From Tubulanus polymorphus (lineage: Eukaryota > Animalia > Nemertea): a DNA stretch of 64,000 bases. The position numbers and the translations under genes are program-made. Location of the stretch: contig NC_134025.1 of assembly GCF_964204645.1 (NCBI RefSeq), positions 24,346,299 to 24,410,298 on the forward strand. Direction: 5' to 3'. Below, one piece after another: positions 1 to 45,038 of the stretch (its first letter is position 1; each line of letters opens with the position of its first letter). The notes beneath the pieces were generated by a model that saw only the letters and a program-made list of their open reading frames with translations, was not told the origin of the DNA and did no database searches.

Positions 1-277
1 GAATGTAACATGTCATGAAGAGGAAGAGAAAGAAATAAATGGCAAAATATACATATATATATAGAGAGAAATTGATCAATGTGCAATTCTATTAATAAGC
101 AGACCAAATTCTCTTCAAGAATGCTTATAAATGCACAAATTATGAAATACAAATGGACATAGAGAATGCAGTCGTAATAGATATAATCCAAAATGCCCTT
201 ATCGAGTCTTCAACATATGATATGAACACTGTCTGAGCATCAGATTACTTGAAATCGTTCAATAAAATTTTCTTTAC

Positions 278-32970
<32,693 letters not shown>

Positions 32971-33468
32971 TTCAACTCGATTTCAGATCTTTCTAGACCC
33001 TGCGATGAAATTTGCCTTCTCGAGGAGAAATAATCGTACTCGCGATCATCAAACGTCAACCGGGCAGTTTAATATTCGCCATGATGATGAACAGAGCGGA
33101 CCGATTGCGAGAAGAAATAGATCTCGAAGTCGTGCTAGTAGTAGAAAGATAAGTCGAACAAGATTAAATTCTACTTTATGCTGTTGGTGTATTATTATTT
33201 CGCTAGTCTGAAGAACCTCTCTCGACTACTCATACATACTTCACAGCCCCTCTTGCAGTACCCGTGCGCAGTGCAGCTTGCAATCAACACATTAACTCTG
33301 CATTAGTATACATCAACATTCAAGAACATTTTTTTCTTCTTTTTCCACGGCAACCACCAGTAAATATGTATATTCGAATATATAAGTCGTATCGGAGCCA
33401 TAACCAGTGATATCAGAGGCAGAGACATTAAAAGCCAGAGGTAGAGAGATACTGGTATCATAAGTCTA

Positions 33469-33591
33469 AGTTGCTCAAAGGTTGGTTAAAGATAACTGAC
33501 GAATAAATAACATAGTAACAATGCACTTTTAATTGTCATAACATCAAGTATCCACTGGTTAACTCTAACCAACTTTTCAGCAACTGACCCC
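33469..33591. mobile_element. MITE of about 125 bp (Tourist/Harbinger-like); other copies at 40370-40445 and 44221-44348
   Basis: TIR agttgctcaaaggttggtta / taaccaacttttcagcaact and a shared core (cagtggata.ttga..t.tgacaatt..aag..cattgttact) in three places. Confidence 0.8.
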
Positions 33592-33653
33592 GACTTTGGG
33601 GGAAGGAACTTCATGGTACATCTTAGGGTAGTCCAAATACCAGATGATCTGAA

Positions 33654-34612
33654 CAGGGGCGGATCCAGGGGGATAGGTGGACAGTATTGGAAGGAAATTT
33701 AAGGGCACCTTTCTGATCTGGTGATCACACCCAGTATCCAGGTCAATGCGAGCGCCAAAGGCGCGAAGTCATTGGAGGGGGGTCTGGGGGCCCACCCCCA
33801 TAAAATTTGGAAAATATGGTACCATTTAAAGGCTTTTAGAGACTAGCAGAGCAATCTAGAATAAACGAATCCGAGCCAAGATTTCAACAGATGCGGATAA
33901 AAAATGAAGCTGACGAACCCATGAAAGAATGGTTGTCACCAACCAAGATCAACAATGAATTTCACAGAAGACACCCATGAAAAACACTGGCATTGTTTTT
34001 TATATTTTCCCTAGTGCCCCTATAACCTTTAAATGTGCTCCTTAACAATTATACAGAATATGGCTAAGTGCCCCTTCATTGTTAACAATCGGCAAAAATT
34101 GCCTCGTCTTCACATTTATCCGTATGTGGTGTGCCGTATTCCAAACCAAAAGTGCCCCTAAAATTTTAAGAATTAGGCAAAAAAGTGCCTTTTTCTTCAG
34201 CATTCACTGTGAATTAAAGCCTGAGCGTGCCCCTTGAAAAGGCAAAGTGCCCTTTTCTTCAACATTTTCCGCGTATAGTGCCCTCTTCTAAAGTACGAGT
34301 GCCCCTTTAGCCCTCCCTGAAAAGGCAAGGACAAGGTGCCCTCATCTAAAGCATGAGTGCCCCTTGAAAAAGGAAAGTGGCCTTTCTAGTTTATCATGAT
34401 TAAAGGCCTTATATCAAATATCATTATCTCTCCTCACTTTCTCGGCAGTAGTATTTACCGATTAATTTTATAATCATGCCCGGATTCCGGACACGGAATT
34501 AGCGGTTGCTGAAATAATGCCGTCAAAATATTGCCGGTGAAATTTCGAAGGGCACTTAAAAATTCTAGACCGTGTTGGGCAATACGGCTAATACGGTCTG
34601 GATCCGCCACAG
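33654..34612. mobile_element. Non-autonomous hAT-like DNA transposon, about 960 bp
   Basis: TIR caggggcggatccag / ctggatccgccacag; CTGAA on both flanks (33649-33653 and 34613-34617); about 10 internal gtgccc(c)t-like motifs; no ORF. Confidence 0.8.
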
Positions 34613-36375
34613 CTGAAGGGTAAGAAACAAGAACAGCTAGATACTAAACTCATCTCAGGATTGTCTCAATGGGTCTGGACCACCCCAATTTGCAGCTGTA
34701 TGTGGAAGCATTCGGACGACAGAACCCCTGGCCAAGTTTCAAATTTGGGGAAACAATTTGTTTAATCGATTGTGAAATTTGTTTAACGAGACTACATCTT
34801 TTAGATTTGAATGATTTGATTTTTCCAATGTTTTCATTTACGAAGCCAGTGTAAAAATATCCTATTGGTTTTTCTTGTAAAATATAACTATATCTATAAG
34901 AACTAGGCCACTAAATCTTTTACTAAAAAATTGTAGAAATAGCTGCTGGGTCTGATAATATTCTTTGTTATCGGAGAATAGGTTACTGCTAATGAATAGA
35001 GTACCAATGCCTGACCGTACATTTATATGGCCAGAAAGACTTGACATTGACAATGCTGACCAGCCATGCGAGAAGTCAGTCACAGCTGACCAACCAACCA
35101 GCGCAGCACAGGAGCACCTAATCTGAATACCATTCATTGTTCCCGGTTCCCCACAACCGGTTGCTTGTGGAACGACGGCTAAAGGGGTACTTGACTAAGG
35201 AGCACCTACATTATTACATAACAGACACCGTCTACAACAGTGTACAGTCCGAGTACAGTACACAGTCACAAGTCGCATTTGAATGATCGCAAACCATAAG
35301 GTGGAAAAGGTTACAAACACAGGGTTTTAACCCGCAAGATCTAGGTTCAATTCTGTAATAGGCTAAAACTTTTCTTTGGAATTGGAAAGGAAGCTTATTT
35401 AGATATAGGCCCATTAATCTTCTACTGTTTTTGTATTTCATGGACATTCGCTCAATTACGTAGGTGGCAGCACTTCCCGGTTTATGATACACGTCCGCGG
35501 GCCAACACGAATGATCATAGAACTGTAAAATCTTTAAATATAAAACTGTAAGCTTACAGTTCCATGATTCAATGCAGTCGACTTAGAATAGAATAAGACA
35601 AAAACGTACACTCTCCTTTAAACGAATAAAGTTTATATTTTCAAAAATACAAAAAGCACAACGGGAACAATGAAAATGAAATAAAATGATTAATCGATTG
35701 TTCATTAGCAAAGGCATATTATTTTCAGCAGAAAGAAGGCAATACTGTCGGAGGATGGAATGTGGAGAAATGAAAGACGGGGACAAACACCTAATCTGAT
35801 GTAATTATGCTATTGCTATCAAATATTGCAATTTACAATGAACTTATTGATTGATTGGAAGAACTGAGTGTTTGAAGGGTAAATACTCTAAGAGACAATC
35901 CATATGTTGATGAAAATGTAAAAATAAAGCGAAATACTGATTGTTTCTATTTACATCTTATGCGAACAAAATAAAACAAAAATTCTTAACAAACAAGGAT
36001 AAATGATACACTTTAGTGCAAAATAATGGTAAATGCAGGTAGATATTTGGTAGTAAAATATTCTAAAATAAACAAAAAGATCTATATAATTCTTCAGACT
36101 GAGACAAAAAATTATGATCTTTATGTATTGATTGTCCAATTGATAAATTTCCACTAGAATATGTACAAGGAATCAAGGAGTGGTCAAAATTGAAAGAACA
36201 GACTAAACGTAATAACTGAAAATTGCATTTCACTTCACTTGAATATGATCCAAGTATCGTATGAATACTATATTGGCCATAATTGTGAGAGCATTGGATA
36301 AGCACCTCGATCCTTCAATGAAAAAATTGATTGAAATCATTGCATAGAGGTTGGAGTAAGCAGGGCTGGGCTCTA

Positions 36376-37774
36376 TCACTTGCATTTTGTCAGTATTGTC
36401 TCCCATGAGATTTCATCCATATCCGTTGCTTGCAGATGTTTTGAGATTCCTTCTAGTTTCTTCTTCAGTGCATCACTGCTGCTAGTGTACAACATCTTCT
36501 GCTTGATTGTAGCATTATCTGGCGACCTGTAGAATACATATAACATCACCAGCCCGTTTATAGAAATTTTATGGGTCATTTTGTAAACTGCAATAAAATT
36601 TGTTATCAGTTGATTTCTTTAGCTGCCAGGTCTGTTATACATAGCTTGATCATGTTTTTATTTTTAAAAAGTTAGGTACAGGTTAGAGAGGCGACCGGCC
36701 AGGTCAACTTTTAAGTAGTGCAGCAGAAATGAGAAACAAGGTATCAATTTTTTAGCCTAAGCATAGAATTGATTAGTTTTCATTTTCTGCTGGCATATTA
36801 GTCCATCATTTCTCAAGTGGAACCTCATTTCAATGAATTTCAGGCGAGCAGAAAGTATATTCGTTAAAAACCATGTTCGTCATGTCCACTATGAAATCAT
36901 TGAAATTGTCCTATCGAAGACAAAATTCTAGCTTTGTGAAAATGGACAAAGCGTTATTGTGGGTATCTTAAATAAGATCATGGGGAGATATTTCAGATAT
37001 GATCGGGTAAATGTACTAACCACATGATAAGACACAGTTTTTCTCTAGGCGCCCGCTCATCACCATTGCCTGCATCATATGAAACATCAAATATAGCATA
37101 TCGACACTGGCGTTTCTTAGCAGCATCCATCATATCTTCAATGAAATCTTCATACGTAGCATCTAAAGAAATATTCAAAAACTTAATTATTCCTTACGTT
37201 TACGAATTCATTTCAGATACATTACAATTAACTAAATACAGACATTCGTACACTTACCAAAAATCGCGGAATTAAGTGGAAATGGCTTTTTATCGGACAA
37301 TATTGGATGAACAAGTGCTTTTTACTGAAGATTGAACATATTGAAAAGATCTTTCTGTATCCTCTGTTTACAACTGAGGCGTACTGTGTTTGGTTAACTT
37401 CCCATCAATTGTCAGAGCTGGTGGCAAGTGTTTTCCACTAGCACATTGTAGCCGTCATGATGGATGTTTTTCTTTCTCTGACCAAACTGGTGCAACTACA
37501 ATACATACCCCTTGAAGATTTCTTCAATACACATATTTCTTTTAAGTCATCTGAGAGCCCGAGAACAACATATCTGTAAAGTCTGTCCATCCTGATTTCT
37601 TCAAGAGTCGTAACGCATTCATCTCTTACTTGGACTCCAGATGCCTGAAAATGTCAAATTCAAAAGATGTCAAAAAGCATCATCTTTATTTCTAGATGAA
37701 TAAAGTTCGATAGGGTGAGTATTTAAGAATTTAGACAAGTGTGGGTAAGTAAGTGAATTGAAGCTACTAACCAT
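36376..37774 (-). CDS. cofilin: Actin-depolymerising factor / cofilin, 143 aa
   Basis: Exons 37774-37772 (ATG only, typical of ADF/cofilin genes), 37644-37509 (ASGVQVRDEC), 37162-37021 (QCRYAIFD..KLCLIMW), 36526-36376 (SPDNATIKQKMLYTSSSDALKKKLEGISKHLQATD). Confidence 0.95.
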
Positions 37775-38757
37775 ATTTTAGTCTTCTCTGCTTCTCTGAG
37801 CAAAATTTAGAAAATCGAAAAAAAATCTCGGGGAGAATGATCGACGACCTTGAATAATTCCAGTCAGTGGAGTCGAGCATAAAACGCGGACTAGGATTTA
37901 AGTATACAACGGACTAGGGAAACGGAAATGGTGCGGGCCTTTGAAAACACTGTCAATCATACAATTTGTCTTTGTTTGGAATGTTATTATTTAGTGGATA
38001 AAAGAAATGGGTTTTTGTCTTTTGAAACGGCAGGCCATTCAAATCGTGTCGTTTTTGGGCATGATTCGATAAAATCCCTGATGGTCCTTAGTTTTTTCTA
38101 ATTATGTCAAACTTTCTTTGCTCAATCCGTTTTTTACTTTTTTCTGCTGCCACCCAAATTGATAAATTTCCACATTTGAAACAAAAAGTTGAAAACTAAT
38201 GCTAAAATTTAAGTCGCAATTGTTTATTTACAGCTCAGAAAATTTACAAAAAACCAATTTCATTCATATTAATAATACATATTTAGAATCATCATTACGC
38301 ATTTTATGGTGCAAATATCATACAAATATAGGCGATTAGAGCCCAGGTCTCCGGATTCAGATATCTAGATTTGACTCATGAGTTACAGACATTCTATAAC
38401 TGAAAGCTCCGTAACCGGAGGTAGCACTAAGCTTCTTAAGATACCGGGTACTACACCAAAAATTCCCTTAATACAATCCGACTAAATAAAATAGCTTTTT
38501 GACAATTAAGTGTAATAAATAAATTACCGAATTCAAGCAACTTTTGTAACTATCATACAAACATCTAGCAAACCACACATTTTTTAAAGGCATCACAAGC
38601 AATCAATATTTTCTAAGATAAAATTTATCTCTTAGGTAGATAAACAAACAATAGAACATTTCATTATATATTACTTACAAAAAACAAGGCATTTATTGCT
38701 GCAGCTTTCTCATATTCAAACAAATGAAAGCAAACACTAATGTCCTGAATAAGGAAA

Positions 38758-38845
38758 TTGTGAACGGTTTCATATTAAGTCTTAATTGATTGTTGCCAAA
38801 TTTGTGAACGGTTTCATATTAAGTCTTAATTGATTGTTGCCAAAT
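38758..38845. repeat. Perfect 44-bp tandem duplication in the probable NAA30 3' UTR
   Basis: ttgtgaacggtttcatattaagtcttaattgattgttgccaaat twice. Confidence 0.95.
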
Positions 38846-39308
38846 AGAGACCCAATTAATGAATCATTCTTGACAAATCAATGATGAGAAGTCATCATTC
38901 CATATGATGATTAATGCTTGCTTATTTGCATAAAATATTTTCAAATAAAATCTCCAAATTCTTATCATGGGACTTCGTCAATTGATACGCCTACATAGAT
39001 ATAGCGTTTATTCACTTAAGACTTAAAGATAAGTAATAAACAGACATGTGACGCAAACAAAGGACAATTAATCACCATGCTTATCACGCTTTACCGATCT
39101 TATTAATGAGGTAACATAATATTGTGAGTTGAATACCACATACGTAATGGGGTACAATTAAATTTTCGTAAATTGACTGCCTATAAACTGATTAAGTCAA
39201 TAACTGTGACAAATATCCTCAATCTATATCCAAAACCATGTTATACTCGTTTGCAGTCATTGACGTCCATATACATATATATCAGTTTATCATAAAACAG
39301 TCTGTTAT

Positions 39309-41337
39309 TCACCTCAACCACAGTTTTAATCTTAAGGCATCGACACCGTTTAGATAATATCGAAACAGTCGTTTATCTCGAACGAAGCCAAGGTTTTCGT
39401 ACAAGTGTAAGGCAGCTTTATTGGTTATTTCCGTTTCTAGCACAACCTGCAAAAGATTCGAATCAACATTGAAAATTGTATGCCTGATGATGGCTAATAG
39501 TCTTTAGCCGAAACGTTGCGCAAATATATATATTCCTCTATGCAAGTTTCTCGTTTTGGCTGAATTTATTGCGGGATTTCTCTCTTTATCATCTTACAGG
39601 GATATTATTGTATATCTTCTCGTCTCATAGAAAATTGTACTGTTCCGAAAAATTAGAGGTTATAATTTCGTTAGAATTAACAGTTTTTACTCTTAAGACG
39701 CGTACCTCATCACATTCATCGGCAACCATAGCTTTGATGGCTTTTAGTACCAATTGTGATCCTGTGTAGAAGAAAACAATGAAGAAAATTATTATTCCAC
39801 TACAAAAATGAAAGATGCAAAAGTCACGGCTGGGTACCGATACAACAAAGGATTGAAATATTTGGGATTGAGAGGGAGTCTTTTTATTCATGCTCCAACA
39901 AATGTTGCCTACCAATTTTTCTTCTTCTGTAATTGGAATCAACAGCTAACATAGCAATATATCCTCGTCTAACCATCTTCTTATGAAGATCCAGCTTACA
40001 GACAATGGCACCAATTGTAATATCACCATCCATAGCCTATATGAACCAAGAAAAAACTTGCTAATTTTTAAGATCATCTCATTAATTGGACAACTTGATC
40101 GGCAAGAAGATTTCTTCTCAGATTCAATTAGCATCAATCCATAATTTCTCAAAATCTATGAATGAAAATTGCGTTATATTCAGCTCAATTGAGTTTACCC
40201 TTATGTTTAATGTGGGTAGTTAAAAATCTAGATGCGAGTTTATTGAAAATGAACTGAATTCTGATCACCATCTAGCTGGTAGAACAGGGCCCTCATTCAT
40301 TTTTAATTGAGTTAGCTTAGGGGTTTAAGTTGAACCAGGCTCTATTAGAGCCAACCCCAAAAGCTCAAAAGTTGCTCAAAAGTTGGTTGGAGCTAACCAG
40401 TGGATAGTTGACGTAATGATAATTCAAAGTCCATTGTTACTGGGCCCAGTAGTTCAAAAACTTCTTCGGTGAATTGGTTGTTCCTTCACTATTTTAGCGC
40501 TTTACATTTGACATCAATCAAAAGGAGTGATATTTTCATTCAAACTTTTAGTGGAGATAAACTTACCAAAAAACACAGTTTCGGCCAATTGTGTATAAAA
40601 TACCGGTAAGTGTATATAGAATACGGTTCTGATAGGTCTTTAGTAATAAGCCTCATTATGTCAGGCATTTGTCTCTCCGATTCATACACAACATAACTAA
40701 TTTCACTGGTTGGAGCACTAATTTTTTGCGATTTCGACGACGATTCAGTTCTTTCCTCATCAGTCCTTTGTTTCGATTCGCTATCGTCTAAACTTAGCGT
40801 ACCTAGTTTCTGTTCCGTGTCTAACGTCACATCGTTAAGCACATCAGCTTTAGAACACTTTTGAACGCATGAATTCAAATGGGAGCATTCTAACGCGTTC
40901 GCCACCGATGATGGCTTTAAATTGTTTGTTGTCGTAGTTATCGACTTATCATTAGTCGATTGATCGCCGATGTGTTGATTATTGGATCCGATATTAATCG
41001 GCGTTAACACAGATATCGCTGAATTCACATGATCTGCAGTTTCATTCGTCACTTTTACTCTGTTGTTGGTTTTATGAGTTAAAAGTCCATTTTCAATAAT
41101 CGACTTATCATGATGTATGCTTACGAAACCGTTCATCATATTATTCTTAGTTTTGTGCGAAGATGAGTTATTACTGTGATTTTCATCAGCATTTTCTAAT
41201 AATTTAGTGGTGGTTTCATGGTCTGAAACAGATGATGATTGTGCCGTTTTTGTTGTTGGATCACCACAGGACGGGCGACAGTTGTCCGCGACAGCAAATT
41301 CCCCCTTTTGGACGTTTTGAGAGGGAATCCCGGACAT
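39309..41337 (-). CDS. NAA30: N-alpha-acetyltransferase 30 (NatC catalytic subunit), 362 aa
   Basis: Exons 41337-40567 (..[28 protein letters not shown]), 40036-39913 ([18 protein letters not shown]), 39761-39706, 39446-39309 ([45 protein letters not shown]). Confidence 0.97.
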
Positions 41338-42209
41338 AACGATGTAGTTTCGTTGAGGTTCTTCAAATCCTTCCTATCAATGGTCAAAATTAAGCTACAG
41401 AAACGGCCAGATGAACCAACAAATGTAGTTACTCCCTCAATATTTCTTCACTTCACTTCGGCAACCATTATTTTTCGCATGGGGTATATCCTATTCGCCG
41501 GTTGTGGACTTTGATTAGTGAATAAATAATTTGTATTTGAATTGAAATTCTGACTGAAAACTCAAGGTCGAAGACTGTGGTAAAATATTTTCATTAATTA
41601 CACAATTACATGGGTTAAAAAGTACTATAAAAGTGTAAGTTAAGTCATTAATTAGTCACTCATTTAGTACGGATATTGACCAATCAAAGAGACATCAGTA
41701 AGCAGTTTCATGTTCCACTCAACTTTACTCTGAGTTTGAGCTTTATTTAACTAGTCTAAAAAAGAGTTACGGACCAAGGCAAGACCAAGTCAACAGGTCT
41801 GGTCAAGTGGAAAATAATAAAATGGTCGTCTCAATTTTTCGGTTTAGTGAGTTTGAGTGGAACTTCCTTACAAAATAACGAACTTTAGGACGTGAGTGGC
41901 CACTTTAGGAGACCAGAAAATATGTCCGGTTGGGTTTGAATTAATGGTTCGTCATATCCATAAAATTATTAAAAATGGATTCTTAGTTCATAACCAATAG
42001 ATCCTTGTAATGGGGTTTCACTGATTTTCAGCAAATGAATTAGTTATTTTTTAAAATCTGCATGCATCTCTCTTTCAAAAAAACATGTCAATGGGTACGA
42101 ATATGTCTCTGGAAGAGTAAATTTAGTATTAGTCTGTGAGCATTTTGCCCAGGTTAGGTTTGATCTTTATCATATGTATCATATTTTAGAAATCCTTTAC
42201 TCAAGTACT

Positions 42210-42564
42210 ATGGCAGCTGCACCATCCCAGGCTGAAAGAAAAAAATGCTGGTTTGCCAGAGATCTCTACTGGAAATGTCTAGATGAGAACAATGATGATA
42301 AATCGAAATGCTTGAAATTAAGAGAGCAATTTGAAAACACTTGTTCTCTTTCATGGGTTGGCTTTTTCAAAATTTCCTTATTTGAATACTGATCTGTTTA
42401 TGATTGAGTTCTATTTTTGACATTTACTTTCTAATTGGCATTTCTTTACTCTGTAGGTGAAATACTTCGATAGAAGGAAAGGATATCTGAAGTTCAAAGA
42501 CAAAATGGAGAATGATGGATATGAACCAATAGATGGAGTTAAGAAGAAATCTGGAACATCGTGA
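42210..42564 (+). CDS. COA6: Cytochrome c oxidase assembly factor 6, 84 aa
   Basis: Exons 42210-42356 and 42457-42564: APSQAERKKCWFARDLYWKCLD..C..LREQFENTCSLSWVKYFDRRK, with CX9C/CX10C; AATAAA at 42619. Confidence 0.93.
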
Positions 42565-42701
42565 CAGATTTACTGATTTGTGATATTTATAGAAAATAAG
42601 CTTTGTTGATATAACAGTAATAAATGCCGTGATTATGATATTAACTCTACTGTGAATATTTCATTTGGGTACATATTCGAGAGAAAGCAATGCTATCTCC
42701 A

Positions 42702-43110
42702 GTTTCCTACTCATCCATCCGCCTTGCAGGGATTTGACCTGATGGCATTGGAACCCCTGCCACACAAGAATACAACTTCGATGATGGCATTATCAGCTGA
42801 TCAGATATCCCGTTTTATTTTAGCCCCGGTTTTCCATTAATAGTTTTTCCGTGAAATTTGCCTTGGCAATCTAATTGGCACTGCCAGTTTTTCGTGGTAA
42901 AGCTGTGCATGTGGCAAGGTTTCGTGCCGTGGCTGAGTAGCGATGCCATCAGGTTTGAATCCTTGCCAATGAAGTTTCTTACCCAGTATTCCATGCAGGA
43001 CCATTTTTCGATTAGCAACGGAGTCAAGATGAAAGTGGAAGCTCATGGCGATGACCGAGGAAGACCCATTTCCATAAGAAATGAGAAGGCATGAATTGAT
43101 GGGTATAGGA
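42702..43110 (+). ncRNA. Candidate large structured RNA (unassigned) between convergent genes
   Basis: Nested multi-branch helices with at least 11 G-U pairs on the + strand (see findings). No family motif recognised. Confidence 0.4.
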
Positions 43111-43494
43111 TAAGTATTTTATTTGATTTATCCTATACATTCGTATATGGATCAAATAAATTGGTATAAAAACAATACTTATTTAAATAAAGCTTAGATA
43201 ACATGAAAAACTAAATTTCTAAAATGGTAGCTATCTTCAATTCAACAGAACTTTAAAACAATTAAAACATTTGACGTTCTATGCATTCCGCAATAAATGA
43301 CCTAACATAAAACAATTTATAGATCAGACCTTCCATATTGAGGATTTAAAAGTTGACAATTGGAAAATTTTACCAAACTTGATTGAAAATAAAATATGTA
43401 CTCATGATCATATCTACACGTACAATAAAAACCATTAAATCTCAAATTTTACAGCAAATAAGCATTTACATAATGATATTAAAGTTTCATTGTG

Positions 43495-45038
43495 TTAGTC
43501 ACAATTATTAACATCACTGGAGACACATGAAATGATAGGTTTTATAAAACAACGTCTGAAATCTTTCTCAGACATTGTCTGAAAAACAACCGTTTCGAAA
43601 TTATCACAAACGAAATGATTCGCATGAAAATTAGCGCTGGTGATCAACACTTCGGCTTTATCGTCTTTCACACCAGCGATGAACTTACAATGAAATCGCT
43701 CGATTGGATAGATAATTTTCGAAAAAAAATGATACTCGATGTGTACTTGTTTATTAGGCAAGTACTCGTCTAGCAGCTCTTTTTTCAGCTGATGAATGGA
43801 TTTCGGATCATCGCACTTCTTTCGCACGTACATCGCCTCCAGTTCACCGGCGTTCACGTTGTTTCGGTTTGTCAGTAAAATATCGGCCACGTTCATCAAA
43901 CGATCCTTATCCAAAAAAGGAGTGACGATGAATGTCTTATATCCCTGACCGATCCATTTGTTCAACAGCGCCCGCCAAAGGGGATAGATGTATTTTTGTC
44001 CGTTTTTCACGCAACAATTCCTCAGCATTCTGAGCTCGTCTTTCAACTGTCCGGCAGTCAACTGAAAGAGATTTTACGGTAACAAACTTAAGAAAATCCA
44101 GATTTTGATAACTCATATATCTCTTTAACGCAGTTCTCCAGTACGAATGGAAAATTTGAGTGAACAAATCAAAATCCAAATGAACGTGCACAATTCTTTA
44201 TTGAGACTTCTCATAAACCAGGGGACAGTTGCTCAAAGGCTGTTTTGAGTTAAACAGTGGATAGTTGACATAGTGACAATTAAGAATTCATTGTTACTAT
44301 GGTATTCATCTACTGGTAAGGAAAACCAACTTTCGAGCAATTGGCCCCTGATGTGTAACTACTTATAGCGCTTACCATATCAAGATTAAGTGATTCCATA
44401 CAATTGACAATATCATCAATAGATACTGGTAATGTTTCAGCAGTTGCCGGTGGAGCTGGAGGTATTTCTTTTTCTGAATCTTAAAGAAATAAATGTTCAA
44501 CATTATACACTGGTAACTTCACGCTTTGAGTCCAATTTAGAATCTGAGTTTTGAGAAAAATACCTTTCTGTTCATGAATATTCACGTTGAAAGAAGCTCC
44601 TGGAACATATGCCGATATAATTTCATCAGCACCATTATTTATGGGATAAGACATCGGCTTCACTGGATTCAAAGGACAAGGAGCATCATATCGTTCTAAC
44701 AGTTCCAGAAATCGTCTTCGAAACCAATCCAATATGAATTGACCTTGGATCATAATTGTTCCTTTTTTCATGTACACTGTAATCGTAACATCTTCAGCTT
44801 TCAAAATCAATTTTTCAACTCCGACGTGGTCTTTGTGTTTTTTATATGGATATCGACTGGCTGGGAAATTGTTGGCATGCTGTAAGACTTTCACCCACAA
44901 AATAGCCAGCACAGTGGAGCCGCATTTCGACGAATGCTTCACTGAAATACAGGTCTGTTTCACCTCAAGGAACACTTTCTCCGCCGATTTTGCAGAGACA
45001 AACTTTTGAATTTCATACTCAATCGACTCGAAATCCAT
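43495..45038 (-). CDS. Uncharacterised 381-aa protein: TBP-like (DUF3378/RNase HIII-N-like) module plus a single-motif PLD-superfamily nuclease-like domain
   Basis: Exons 45038-44564, 44479-44376 and 44061-43495 join in frame. C-terminal IVTPFLD..RFHCKFIAG..VLITSANF..DNFET matches PLD S/TP, HxK, (G/T)SxN and NxE motifs. The N-terminal part has VTITVYMKKGTIMIQG..W. Confidence 0.8.

Noticed and set aside
34010-34385. Reiterated gtgcccct motifs with variable spacers (CRISPR-like look)
   Set aside because: The repeats are only about 8 bp, irregularly spaced and enclosed by transposon TIRs in a eukaryotic genome.
37395-37465. SECIS-like ATGA..AAA..GA on the minus strand
   Set aside because: Helix II spacing and pairing do not fit, it is intronic, and no in-frame selenoprotein TGA is evident.
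42900-42920. gctgtgcatgtggca resembling the vertebrate 7SK 3' hairpin
   Set aside because: It is internal rather than terminal, and paired GAUC motifs and a 5' GGAUG end are absent.
42795-43065. Short complementarities to U2 snRNA (atcagatat, ttttagcc, accgag) suggesting a SCARNA2-like guide
   Set aside because: The matches are short and not positioned immediately upstream of CUGA D boxes.
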